From: Deltaproteobacteria bacterium
Lineage (GTDB): Bacteria; Desulfobacterota; Binatia; Bin18
Assembly: GCA_016874775.1 (NCBI GenBank)
Contig: VGTJ01000005.1
Location: 5,232-69,231 of the forward strand
DNA length: 64,000 nt
Direction of reading: 5' to 3'
How positions within the stretch are numbered: the stretch's first letter is position 1; each line of letters opens with the position of its first letter. Of this stretch, positions 1-9,476 are shown piece after piece. Both the position numbers and the translations under genes were made by a program. The notes beneath the pieces are model-generated. The model saw only the letters and a program-made list of their open reading frames with translations, searched no databases and had not been told where the DNA came from.

Positions 1-3000
1 TTCAAGCCCTGCAACGCTTGTGGCAGGGGAAGAGCCAGGCACTTGGTCTGATTCAATTGCCGGAAGGAGTGGTTGAAGAGGCGGCGCACTATCATATTCA
101 CCCGGTGTTACTTGACGCCTGCCTGCAAACCCTGCTGGTCACCTTCCCCGACAGCAGCAAGAACGAGACGTGGCTACCTATCGGATTGGAACGTTTCCAA
201 CTGTATCGCTCGCCCGGTACTCAGCTCTGGTGTCACGCGCGACTGCAGGTGGTCGAAGAAGCTGGTCAACCGCTCTTTCGGGCTGATCTGTGTCTGCTTG
301 ACGCGACTGGGGAGACAATTGCGGTGCTCGAGGGCCTCAGGGCGAAGAAGGCTGATCCAACGCTCCTCCTGGGCGACCAACCGGATCTTGAGAACTGGTT
401 GTACGGCGTTGAGTGGCGTCCGCAAGGACTGTGTCATCCGCGGGAAAACGCGCCCCGGTTGCCTGCTCCCTCTGAGCTGCAAGAGGAACTGCGGCGCGAG
501 ATGGCGGCATTGGCCAACCAATTCCAGCTCGACGACTACGGCAAAGCATTGGCTGAGCTCGACAAACTGTGTGTGCTTTACGTTGTAGCAGCGCTGGGCG
601 ACATGGGCCACGTGTTTCGTCTTCGTGAGCAGTTCTCGACCGCAGAGCTAGCGGCACGCCTTGGGGTCGTACCGACACATCAACAACTTTTTAACCGCCT
701 GTTAGCCATGTTAGTGGAGGAGGGGATCCTCCGTGCACACCAGACTGGTTGGGAAGTCCTTCGCGTGCCCGAAAGGCCTGCGCCGAAGCCCGTGTGGCAA
801 TCGTTACGTTCACGCTATCCACAGGTCGAGATAGAACTTGACCTTGTCCAGCGTTGCGCCGTTGCCCTGGCCGATGTCCTGCAGGGGCGCTGTGATCCGC
901 TGTCGCAATTGTTATTCCCTGGAGGGGACGGGTCGGCAGTGGCTGCATTATATCGGCAGACCCCTGCGGCTGAGGCCGTGCATGCCGTCCTGCGTCAAGG
1001 CCTGTTAACCGCGCTCAACCGGCTGCCTCAGCGAAGCGGTTTGCGGATTGTCGAAATCGGTGCGGGGACTGGGGGGACAACTGCAGCGTTGCTCCCGCAT
1101 CTGCCAGCGGCGCGGACTGAGTACGTCTTCACTGATATTTCCACCGCTTTTGCGACGCAAGCAGAAGCAACATTCGCAGACTATCCCTTCGTGCAGTACG
1201 CGACATTGGATATTGAAAAGGACCCGCACGCTCAAGGGTTTGCTCCCCAGGGTTACGACATCGTGGTCGCCGCCAACGTTCTCCATGCCACCGAGGATGT
1301 CGCGCAGACAGTGCAGCATATCCAGCGCTTACTCGCGCCTGGCGGCATGGTGCTCTTGCTCGAAGGAACAGCACCGCAGCGCTGGATCGACGTGGTGTTC
1401 GGCATGACGAGTGGCTGGTGGCGCTTTCGTGATACAGATCTGCGCCCCGCTCATCCTCTACTATCTGCGCCCCAGTGGTGCGAGGTCTTACGCACTCATG
1501 GTTTTCAACAAACTGTTAGCCTTGACTGTACGCCCATTCACCAGTCTGTGCTTGTGGCTCAGGCAGATAAGATACCCGACGAGCAACAGGAATCTGAGCA
1601 TTGGTTGATTTTCGCTGATGCGGGCGAGATAGGTCACGAACTGAGAGAGCAGGTACGTGCGCGCGGATCGAGGTGTACGCTTGTCCGTCCAGGAAGCCAC
1701 TACGAACCAACCACCGACGACGCCTTCACGATTGACCCCTATGAGCCTGCGCACTATCAGCAATTGTTCGCTGGTCTCGGCACTGCCACCTTACATCACT
1801 GTGTGTATCTCTGGGGTCTTGATACGACGCGGACCAGCGACACCACCGCTTCGCTGGTCGCTGCCGCGCGGATGGGCTGGGAGGGCACGCTACTTGTGGT
1901 GCAAGCCCTGGCGCACGCTCGTCTCGCTCCGCGACTCTCTATCGTTACTCGTGGAGCCATCTCGGTAGCAGGCGAAGCGCTGCCAGGAATAGCCCTGTCA
2001 CCTGTCTGGGGCATGGGCAAAAGTATCGCCTTGGAACACCCGGAGTTACATTGTCTACGCATCGATCTCGCTGCAGAGCCACAAGCGGATGAAGTCTCTG
2101 CACTCATGGCAGAGCTGTCGCAAGGTGTCTCACAACAGACAGAGGACCAAATCGCGTTGCGTGGTGAGTATCGCTATGTGGCTCGCCTCACGCGCTGCGA
2201 TGTTCCTACTGACAGGACCAATGCGGAGCTGCTCAAGCTGCCTCAGACCGAGTCGTATGGGTTAGGAATACCAGAGTGGGGCAAGATAGAAGCGGTTGAG
2301 TGGCGACCGACGCCGCAGCGTGCGCCAAAATCGGGAGAAGTAGAAATTATGGTGCGGGCTGCGGGGTTCAACTTCAAGGATGTGCTGATCGCGCTGGGCA
2401 TGGTGCCAGCATCTGGATCGATCCTGGGCGGCGAATGCGCTGGCGAAGTCATTCGCGTCGGGCCAGGCGTGACCAATGTGAAGGTCGGCGAAGCCGTGAT
2501 GGCGATGGCCCCAGGGAGTTTCGCCCGCTATGTGACAGTCCCGGCCACAGCGGTTGCACGGATCCCGATAGGGCTGAGTTTTGCTGCGGCGGCGACGCTG
2601 CCGATCGCGTTCTTAACCACGCTGTATGCCCTAGAAGAGATCGGACAGGTCCGCGCCGGAGAGCGCGTGTTGATCCATGCCGCATCAGGAGGCGTCGGAC
2701 AGGCAGCGATCCAGGTTGCACAGCGAGCTGGCGCGGAGGTGTGGGCAACCGCGAGTGAGACGAAGTGGGAGGCGCTGCGACGGTTAGGAGTCCGAGAGGT
2801 GCTGAACTCGCGGACGCCAGCCTTTGGCGCGGAGATTAAACGACGAACACACGGAGTGGGTGTCGATATCGTCCTCAACTCGTTACGCGGAGAGTTGACG
2901 ACGGAGAGTTTAAAACTCGTACGGGCAGGAGGGCGGTTTGTTGAGCTGGGGATACGAGATATTCGCTCGGCAGCAGAAGTCACAAGACTGGCACCAGGGG

Positions 3001-4430
3001 CACAATATACGACGCTCGATTTACTAGAGGAGTATACGAAACGCCCGCCGGTGATTGAACGGTTGATGAGCGAGATCGTGAGGCGAGTGGAGGCAGGAGA
3101 GCTTCATCCCTTACCGTACCGCGAGTATGGCGTGGAAGGGGTACGCGAGGCGTTACAGGTGTTGCTGCAAGCGACCCACACTGGCAAGCTCGTCCTCTCT
3201 TTCCCGCCACCCACTCGCCCGCAGTTTCGTAACGACGGGACCTATCTCATCACAGGCGGTTTAGGCGGGCTGGGCTTGTTGACGGCTGGCTGGATGGCCG
3301 AACACGGCGCAGGTCACCTGGTCTTGGCTAGTCGCCGCAGCCTCACGCCTGAAATTGAAGAACAGATTGCGACACTGAAACAGACTGGCACTGAGGTCAC
3401 TGTCTTCCAGACGGATGTGGCGAGTGGTAAGCAGGTTGGCCAACTCTTGACTACTATCGAACATTCACTGCCACCACTACGCGGTATTATTCATGCGGCG
3501 GGGATTCTCGACGACGGTATTCTCCTTGAACAAGATAGAGAACGGTTTAGAAAAGTGCTGGTGCCTAAGGTTGATGGGGCTTGGCATCTGCACCAGCAAA
3601 CGCACACCCTGCCTTTGGACTTCTTCCTGCTGTTCTCGTCAGCCACGTCATTGCTCGGAGCGGTTGGACAGTCGAACCACGTGAGTGCCAATGCGTTTCT
3701 TGACGCGCTCGCGTATCACCGCCGAGCCCAAGGCTTACCGGCTCTCAGCATCAATTGGGGCGCGTGGTCGGAAATTGGTTACGCTGCACAGGTGCAAGCA
3801 GAAGATTTTCTCAAAGCCCAGGGGGTGGGAAGTATCGCACCACGTTGGGGAGTGGCGGCGTTGGAGCGCATCTTCCATGCGAAACAAGCGCAGATCGGCG
3901 TTATTCAGATCGACTGGCCAACCTATCTGCAGCGGACAACGCCATCGTCCTATTTGTCTGATTTCCTGCCAGCGAAGTCCGTCCAACCAGAGCAGCGCGC
4001 GGAGTTCCGTCAGCTTCTTGAGACAACGCCAGCCGCGGAACAACGTGTGCTATTGGCTAACTACGTCACCTCCCAACTTGCAACCGTGTTACGATTCTCC
4101 GCTTCCACGCGTATCGATCCGAAACAGGGCTTTTCCGATATGGGGATGGATTCGCTGACTGCGGTCGAATTGCGCAACAGCCTGCAGACCGATTTAGGTT
4201 GTACGCTGCCATCGACCCTGATCTTCGACTTTCCTAACGTGGCAGCTGTCGTCGACTATGTCGCGACAGAAGTGCTGAAAATACATTCAATTGTCGGGTC
4301 TCCAACAGTGACAGAGAACGTTGGAATAACCGAAGACCTCCAGATACTGGAACGCCTCTCAGAAGCTGAGGCTGAGACCACTCTCCTCAGGGAACTAGAA
4401 GAGCTCGAGGAAAGGGGGTTGTCGTCATGA
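1..4430 (+). CDS. Type I PKS module, 5'-partial (runs off window start): DH(C-terminal half)-cMT-ER-KR-ACP with C-terminal docking tail
   Basis: The reading frame is open from nt 3; the ORF track's start at 18 is a TTG inside an open frame. The DH C-terminal half carries HPVLLDACLQ. The cMT carries the SAM motif VEIGAGTGGTT. The ER carries LIHAASGGVGQAAIQVAQ. The KR carries the Rossmann motif YLITGGLGGLGL and HAAG. The ACP carries GMDSLTAVEL. The tail ends LLRELEELEERGLSS, and the stop overlaps the next start (ATGA at 4427-4430). Confidence 0.93.
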   Translation, partial: QALQRLWQGKSQALGLIQLPEGVVEEAAHYHIHPVLLDACLQTLLVTFPDSSKNETWLPIGLERFQLYRSPGTQLWCHARLQVVEEAGQPLFRADLCLLDATGETIAVLEGLRAKKADPTLLLGDQPDLENWLYGVEWRPQGLCHPRENAPRLPAPSELQEELRREMAALANQFQLDDYGKALAELDKLCVLYVVAALGDMGHVFRLREQFSTAELAARLGVVPTHQQLFNRLLAMLVEEGILRAHQTGWEVLRVPERPAPKPVWQSLRSRYPQVEIELDLVQRCAVALADVLQGRCDPLSQLLFPGGDGSAVAALYRQTPAAEAVHAVLRQGLLTALNRLPQRSGLRIVEIGAGTGGTTAALLPHLPAARTEYVFTDISTAFATQAEATFADYPFVQYATLDIEKDPHAQGFAPQGYDIVVAANVLHATEDVAQTVQHIQRLLAPGGMVLLLEGTAPQRWIDVVFGMTSGWWRFRDTDLRPAHPLLSAPQWCEVLRTHGFQQTVSLDCTPIHQSVLVAQADKIPDEQQESEHWLIFADAGEIGHELREQVRARGSRCTLVRPGSHYEPTTDDAFTIDPYEPAHYQQLFAGLGTATLHHCVYLWGLDTTRTSDTTASLVAAARMGWEGTLLVVQALAHARLAPRLSIVTRGAISVAGEALPGIALSPVWGMGKSIALEHPELHCLRIDLAAEPQADEVSALMAELSQGVSQQTEDQIALRGEYRYVARLTRCDVPTDRTNAELLKLPQTESYGLGIPEWGKIEAVEWRPTPQRAPKSGEVEIMVRAAGFNFKDVLIALGMVPASGSILGGECAGEVIRVGPGVTNVKVGEAVMAMAPGSFARYVTVPATAVARIPIGLSFAAAATLPIAFLTTLYALEEIGQVRAGERVLIHAASGGVGQAAIQVAQRAGAEVWATASETKWEALRRLGVREVLNSRTPAFGAEIKRRTHGVGVDIVLNSLRGELTTESLKLVRAGGRFVELGIRDIRSAAEVTRLAPGAQYTTLDLLEEYTKRPPVIERLMSEIVRRVEAGELHPLPYREYGVEGVREALQVLLQATHTGKLVLSFPPPTRPQFRNDGTYLITGGLGGLGLLTAGWMAEHGAGHLVLASRRSLTPEIEEQIATLKQTGTEVTVFQTDVASGKQVGQLLTTIEHSLPPLRGIIHAAGILDDGILLEQDRERFRKVLVPKVDGAWHLHQQTHTLPLDFFLLFSSATSLLGAVGQSNHVSANAFLDALAYHRRAQGLPALSINWGAWSEIGYAAQVQAEDFLKAQGVGSIAPRWGVAALERIFHAKQAQIGVIQIDWPTYLQRTTPSSYLSDFLPAKSVQPEQRAEFRQLLETTPAAEQRVLLANYVTSQLATVLRFSASTRIDPKQGFSDMGMDSLTAVELRNSLQTDLGCTLPSTLIFDFPNVAAVVDYVATEVLKIHSIVGSPTVTENVGITEDLQILERLSEAEAETTLLRELEELEERGLSS
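405..1520 (+). other. C-methyltransferase (cMT) domain inside the reducing PKS module
   Basis: A domain of roughly 370 aa sits between the DH remnant and the ER. It carries the class I SAM glycine-rich motif IVEIGAGTGGTTAAL and an acidic motif II region (YDIVVAANVLHAT). Its position between DH and ER matches embedded PKS cMT domains. Confidence 0.7.
3240..3760 (+). other. KR domain in which the catalytic Tyr is replaced by His
   Basis: The Rossmann motif TYLITGGLGGLGLLTA, HAAGIL, the catalytic Lys (VPKVDGAWHL) and the Ser (LFSSATSL) are all present. The motif that normally reads N-Y-A-A-A-N-A-F-L-D reads N-H-V-S-A-N-A-F-L-D, with a CAC codon at 3678-3680. The two other intact KRs in the window have Tyr at this position. 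Confidence 0.8.
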
Positions 4431-7400
4431 GTGCTACCCCTTCCCAGCAACCTACACTGTCTCCCACCAAGAGAGCCTTACAGGCCCTACGGGCTGTACG
4501 CTCCAAGCTTGAAGCGCTTGAACAGGCACAAAAGGAGCCGATCGCTATCATTGGTATGGGGTGTCGTTTGCCCGGTGACATCGAGACCCCGGAAGCCTTC
4601 TGGGAACTGTTGCGCGAGGGGAGGGATGCCATTGCGGAGATTCCGGCGTCGCGCTGGGATGTGGGCCACTACTATGATCCCGATGTTGCCGTGCCGGGAA
4701 AGATGATCACACGCCAGGGCGGGTTCCTGCAGCGCATCGACGAATTCGACCCACATTTCTTTGGTATTGCGCCGCGTGAGGCGATGAGCATGGATCCTCA
4801 GCAACATCTGCTCTTGGAGGTGTGTTGGGAAGCGCTGGAAAATGCGGGCGTGGTTCCGGCTGACCTCAAAGGCAGTCGCACCGGTGTGTTTGTCGGAATT
4901 TGCAATCAGGATTATAGCACTCTCCTTATGTCCCGCGACGAAACCGCGATCGACGCCTATATGACCACCGGCCTGGCGCATAGTGTCGCCGCCGGACGGC
5001 TGGCCTACAGCCTGGGTTTGCAGGGGCCTTGTTTAGCAGTTGATACCGCCTGCTCTTCTTCCCTAGTGTCAGTGCACCTTGCCAGCCAAAGCCTGCGTAA
5101 CCGCGAGTGTGATTTTGCCATCGCCGGTGGAGTCAATCTGATTCTCTGTCCGGAGACCAGCATTAACTTCTCCAAGAATCGCATGCTCGCACCCGATGGC
5201 CGCTGTAAGACCTTTGCCGCTACAGCTAATGGCTTCGGCCGCGGTGAAGGGTGTGGTCTTATCGTGCTTAAGCGATTGTCGGACGTTGTGCCAAGTCAGG
5301 ATCAGGTGCTCGCTCTCATCCGTGGCTCAGCCATCAATCAAGATGGCGCGTCCAGCGGCCTGACGGTGCCCAATGGCCCGGCCCAGCAATCAGTCATTCG
5401 TGAGGCGCTGAAAAACGCGGGATTGAGTCCAGACCAGATCAACTACCTCGAAGCGCACGGGACAGGAACCAGTTTGGGCGACCCGATTGAAATGGGTGCG
5501 CTCAGTGCGGTCTTTGGGCCAACTCGTCAACCACAAGAGCCGTTGATTGTGGGGTCAGTGAAAACCAATCTTGGTCACCTGGAAGGAGCGGCGGGCATCA
5601 GTGGACTGATGAAGCTCGTCCTGGCGCTCAGGCATGAGGAGATTCCTGCTCACCTACATTTTACTGCGCCGAGTCCGCATATCCCGTGGGACACGATGCC
5701 GATCGTTGTCCCCAGTCAGGCACGGGCATGGCCCGCAGGCAGCAAGCCTCGCTTAGCCGGAGTGAGTTCGTTTGGCTTCAGTGGTACCAATGCGCATGTC
5801 ATCCTTGAAGAAGCACCGTGGGTGAGCAAGCGGGAGGCAAAGGCTGAACCTGTCGAGATCTACACCGAACCGGTGCTCGAACGCCCACTCCATATCCTCA
5901 CCCTCACTGCCCGTTCTCCTCAAGCGCTGCAAGCCCAGGCTGCGAGTTACGCTGCTCACCTTACCGACGCGACTCACGTGTCCCTCGCCGATGTTTGTTA
6001 TACCGCCAACACCACCCGCTCGGTGTTTGAGCAACGACTGGTTGTTGTTGCTAGTAACACTGAGGAGATGCGGAGCAAGCTCGAGCGCTTCAACGCGGGC
6101 CATCGCGAACAGTTAGTTGCCCAGGGTGATGTCCGTACCACTGAACAGCCGCGTGTGGCGTGGTTATTTAGTGGGCAAGGGTCACAATATCCTGGGATGG
6201 GCTCCAGTCTGTACCAGACACAACCAGTGTTCCGTCGGGCGTTTGATGAATGCGCCCGTATTCTTGACCCCTTGCTTGGCCGCTCTCTCTCCGCGCTGGT
6301 GTTTGACCAAACCTCGCCTGATCTACATCGGACAGCGTTTACCCAGCCGGCACTCTTTGCCCTCGAGTATGCCTTAGCCCAGATGTGGTTGTCATGGGGT
6401 GTTCGACCGGATGCGGTCATTGGCCATAGCGTGGGCGAGTACGTCGCCGCCTGTATCGCTGGGGTTTTCACTCTGGAAGATGCGCTCCGGTTGATTGCGA
6501 CACGTGGCCGTCTTATGCAGGCGCTCCCGCGCAATGGCGCGATGGTTGCCGTTTTTACTGGCCAGGAACAGGTCATTCGGGCCATCGTTACTCTCGGTAG
6601 TAATGTGTCGATCGCCGCTGTCAACAGCAGTACGGAAACGGTCGTTTCGGGCGAACGCACGGCTGTGCAAAGGCTGGTGGAGCACATAACAGCCATGGGG
6701 ATCCGCACGCAAGAACTGAGCGTGTCACATGCGTTCCACTCGGACCTAATGGAGCCGATGCTGGCTGAGTACGAACAGGTTGTTCGTGGCGTTTCGCTGT
6801 CTTTACCGCGCATCCGTCTGGTGTCTAATCTGACCGGAGAAGTTGTCTCGCAGCAGGTGACTGAGCCCACCTACTGGTGTCGTCATCTACGCAAGCCGGT
6901 GCTTTTCGCAGCAGGGCTCGCCACGCTCCGTCAACACGGCCTACAAGCGTTGGTGGAAATGGGGCCGCATCCCGTCCTGGTTGGCATGGCGCGATCACAG
7001 GTTCTCAACCAAGCATCTTCTCCAGCGTTGTATCTGCCGAGCCTGCGCAAGGGGCAGCAGGATTGGATGGTACTGGCACACAGCCTGACTGATCTCTATC
7101 TCGCTGGTGTACCAATTGACTGGACAGGTTTCGACGCGCCCTACCAACGACATCGCACAGCCCTGCCAACCTATCCTTTTCAGCGCAAACGCTATTGGTT
7201 TACTGAGAACGCAACCTCTCGACGGCAATCCTCTGTACCGACCTCTCCGCTGGTTTCTCTCCTGCAAGAAGGCGACGCCGAAGCTTTAGCCGGGCACCTG
7301 CAAGCTAGCGGAGAGCTAACGGCGGAAGAGGTGAAGTGTCTGCCAAAGCTGACCGAGCTGTTGATCCGCCAGCATCACCAGCAACCGCAGGAAGAACAGA

Positions 7401-9472
7401 ACGGCTTGTGCTACCGACTGACGTGGCAGAAAAAGGCGCGTAGCACCGAGCGGCGTGAGGACAAACGGTCTGCCGACCGTCGCACTGGTACTTGGTTGAT
7501 TGTAGCGCATCCTGACGCACTCGAACTCGCCGAGCCCCTGCGCGACGTCGGACGGTGTTCTTTCCGCGTTGTGCTGGGTAGTGCGGATCAACATGTGACT
7601 GCTAAGAAGCGGTTGATAAATTCCCTTGAGGCTGTTCCAACAGGCGAAACCGTGCTTCGACAAGCTCAGTACGAACGGGAAAAGCACAGCGACGGTGTAT
7701 CTTCTTCCGTTCACCCTGAGCTTGTCGAAGGGTGGATGGCGAATTTGTCAACAGCTTCTAACACCTGGATCATCGATGCGACCAACGAGGACGAGTATCA
7801 CCATGTGCTGGAAGAAGTCATGGCTAAGACCACGATTGAAGGCGTCGCTTACCTCTGGCCTGCAGAGGTCAGACCCGAGCAGCAATTGCACGGACTGGGG
7901 GAAGAGGGTCTCATGCCAGTGGTGCGACTCGCGCGCGCGCTTGCTCGGTTCACGTCTCCACCCCGCCTGTGGCTGATCACGCAAGCGGCCACCACGGCTG
8001 GGGATGCGGCGCCACTATCTCCCTTCCCGTCACTTCTGTGGGGCATGGGCCGGTCGCTCTTCCTGGAGCACCCCGCACTGAAGGGTGGGATCGTGGATGT
8101 GAGTTCACAGCCGAGTACAAGCGAAATTCAGGCGCTGTGCCAGGAGCTACTAGATTCACAAGGAGAGGACAACATTACGCTGCGCGCGGGCAAGCGCTAT
8201 GTCGCGCGTCTGCAAACATCACTTGATGTGACAACGACGATGCCCCGACTCAAGTCCGATGGTGCTTACCTTGTCACTGGTGGTTTGGGAGCACTAGGAC
8301 TACAGGTCGCCCGTTTCCTCGCGCAACACGGAGCTGGTCAGGTGGTGCTCATGGGTCGTCGCGAGGCAACCGCGCAGGCCAAAGAGCTCGTGGACTCCCT
8401 GCAAGACCTGAACACGCACGTGGTAGTGGCGCAAGCTGATTGTACCGCTGAAGCAGAGGTACATAGGGTTCTCGACGAGATCGCGGCCAGCGGGTTCACG
8501 CTCAAAGGGGTGATCCATGCCGCTGGGGTCCTAATCCCGCGATCCGTCAGTGAACTCGACCACGAGTGTTTGCGTACTGTGGTCGCTCCCAAAGTACAGG
8601 GAGCCTGGACGTTGCACCGCGTAACCCAACAACTCACGCTCGACTTTTTTGTCTGTTTCTCGTCGGTCTCCGCTGTTTTGGGTACGGCCTTTCAAGCGCA
8701 CTATACGGCAGCGAACGCCTTTTTAGACGGCTTGGCTGAGTACCGTCGCGGCCTTGGCTTGCCCGCCCTCAGTATCAACTGGGGGCTCTGGGAAGGACGG
8801 GGAATGGTAGATGACGAGTCGGCGCGACGTGTTACGGACACTGGTATTAAAGCACTGTCGTCGCATACGGCACTCGCTCTGTTTGGTCGCCTCCTCAGAA
8901 CAGATCAGTCTCGAGCCGTCGTGTTGAATGCAGATTGGCAGCGCCTCAAGAGCTTGTATGAAGTTCGCGGCAAGCAGCCTGTGCTCGAGTTTATGGGCAG
9001 CACGATGCAGGAGGAAACGACCGCAAAGGCCTCGGCTATCCTCGACCAATTACAAGCGATGACGGTCCGCGACCGGTTCGATTTCTTGGTTTCCTATCTG
9101 CAAGAGCAAGTCAGCGCGGTGCTGTATTTTGACGCGAATACTACGCCAGATTCTAAACACGGCTTCATTGATATCGGTCTCGATTCACTGACCGCCGTAG
9201 AACTGAAGGGTCGGGTTGAGACCGAATTAGGTTGTCCTCTGTCTCCGTCAGTGATGTTCGATTATCCCAATATCGAGGCGCTCACCAGCCATTTATTGGA
9301 GCAGCTTTCAGCGATGACGCCAGAGCGCGAGAGAAAAGCCCAGAACGATAAGGGAGCGGCGGTTGTTGTGGTAGAGGAAGCCGCCGTCCAGGCTGATGTC
9401 CGGCAACTTTCTGATACCGAAATCGCGGCGTTCATCGACAACGAGCTCGCGACGCTGACCGACGAAGGATAG
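4427..9472 (+). CDS. Type I PKS module: KS-AT-KR-ACP (malonyl-type AT, no DH, giving a beta-hydroxy unit)
   Basis: N-terminal docking coil, then EPIAIIGMGCRLPG. The KS carries DTACSSSLV and HGTGTSLGD. The AT carries GHSVGEY and VSHAFHSDLM (malonyl). The KR carries AYLVTGGLGALGL, HAAGVL and QAHYTAANAFLD with the catalytic Tyr intact. The ACP carries GLDSLTAVELK. The protein ends with a docking tail. Confidence 0.95.
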   Translation: MSATPSQQPTLSPTKRALQALRAVRSKLEALEQAQKEPIAIIGMGCRLPGDIETPEAFWELLREGRDAIAEIPASRWDVGHYYDPDVAVPGKMITRQGGFLQRIDEFDPHFFGIAPREAMSMDPQQHLLLEVCWEALENAGVVPADLKGSRTGVFVGICNQDYSTLLMSRDETAIDAYMTTGLAHSVAAGRLAYSLGLQGPCLAVDTACSSSLVSVHLASQSLRNRECDFAIAGGVNLILCPETSINFSKNRMLAPDGRCKTFAATANGFGRGEGCGLIVLKRLSDVVPSQDQVLALIRGSAINQDGASSGLTVPNGPAQQSVIREALKNAGLSPDQINYLEAHGTGTSLGDPIEMGALSAVFGPTRQPQEPLIVGSVKTNLGHLEGAAGISGLMKLVLALRHEEIPAHLHFTAPSPHIPWDTMPIVVPSQARAWPAGSKPRLAGVSSFGFSGTNAHVILEEAPWVSKREAKAEPVEIYTEPVLERPLHILTLTARSPQALQAQAASYAAHLTDATHVSLADVCYTANTTRSVFEQRLVVVASNTEEMRSKLERFNAGHREQLVAQGDVRTTEQPRVAWLFSGQGSQYPGMGSSLYQTQPVFRRAFDECARILDPLLGRSLSALVFDQTSPDLHRTAFTQPALFALEYALAQMWLSWGVRPDAVIGHSVGEYVAACIAGVFTLEDALRLIATRGRLMQALPRNGAMVAVFTGQEQVIRAIVTLGSNVSIAAVNSSTETVVSGERTAVQRLVEHITAMGIRTQELSVSHAFHSDLMEPMLAEYEQVVRGVSLSLPRIRLVSNLTGEVVSQQVTEPTYWCRHLRKPVLFAAGLATLRQHGLQALVEMGPHPVLVGMARSQVLNQASSPALYLPSLRKGQQDWMVLAHSLTDLYLAGVPIDWTGFDAPYQRHRTALPTYPFQRKRYWFTENATSRRQSSVPTSPLVSLLQEGDAEALAGHLQASGELTAEEVKCLPKLTELLIRQHHQQPQEEQNGLCYRLTWQKKARSTERREDKRSADRRTGTWLIVAHPDALELAEPLRDVGRCSFRVVLGSADQHVTAKKRLINSLEAVPTGETVLRQAQYEREKHSDGVSSSVHPELVEGWMANLSTASNTWIIDATNEDEYHHVLEEVMAKTTIEGVAYLWPAEVRPEQQLHGLGEEGLMPVVRLARALARFTSPPRLWLITQAATTAGDAAPLSPFPSLLWGMGRSLFLEHPALKGGIVDVSSQPSTSEIQALCQELLDSQGEDNITLRAGKRYVARLQTSLDVTTTMPRLKSDGAYLVTGGLGALGLQVARFLAQHGAGQVVLMGRREATAQAKELVDSLQDLNTHVVVAQADCTAEAEVHRVLDEIAASGFTLKGVIHAAGVLIPRSVSELDHECLRTVVAPKVQGAWTLHRVTQQLTLDFFVCFSSVSAVLGTAFQAHYTAANAFLDGLAEYRRGLGLPALSINWGLWEGRGMVDDESARRVTDTGIKALSSHTALALFGRLLRTDQSRAVVLNADWQRLKSLYEVRGKQPVLEFMGSTMQEETTAKASAILDQLQAMTVRDRFDFLVSYLQEQVSAVLYFDANTTPDSKHGFIDIGLDSLTAVELKGRVETELGCPLSPSVMFDYPNIEALTSHLLEQLSAMTPERERKAQNDKGAAVVVVEEAAVQADVRQLSDTEIAAFIDNELATLTDEG

Positions 9473-9476
9473 CAGC

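Noticed and set aside
73-1763. Cluster of small overlapping ORFs at the window start (73-588, 174-611, 337-678, 691-948, 1005-1319, 1048-1407, 1488-1763)
   Set aside because: All overlap the open PKS frame that carries clear DH, cMT and ER motifs. They are artefacts of GC-rich sequence.
5998-6870. Long antisense or out-of-frame ORFs inside the megasynthase genes. Examples are 5998-6870(-), 9432-10121(-), 19177-19839(-), 22537-23154(-), 29973-31025(-), 35124-35837(-), 40118-40627(-), 41891-42700(-), 52541-53227(+) and 58102-58596(+).
   Set aside because: They lie entirely within, and opposite or out of frame to, ORFs with unambiguous PKS/NRPS domain motifs. Their translations are low-complexity Arg/Ala/Pro-rich strings typical of high-GC antisense frames, with no recognisable motifs.
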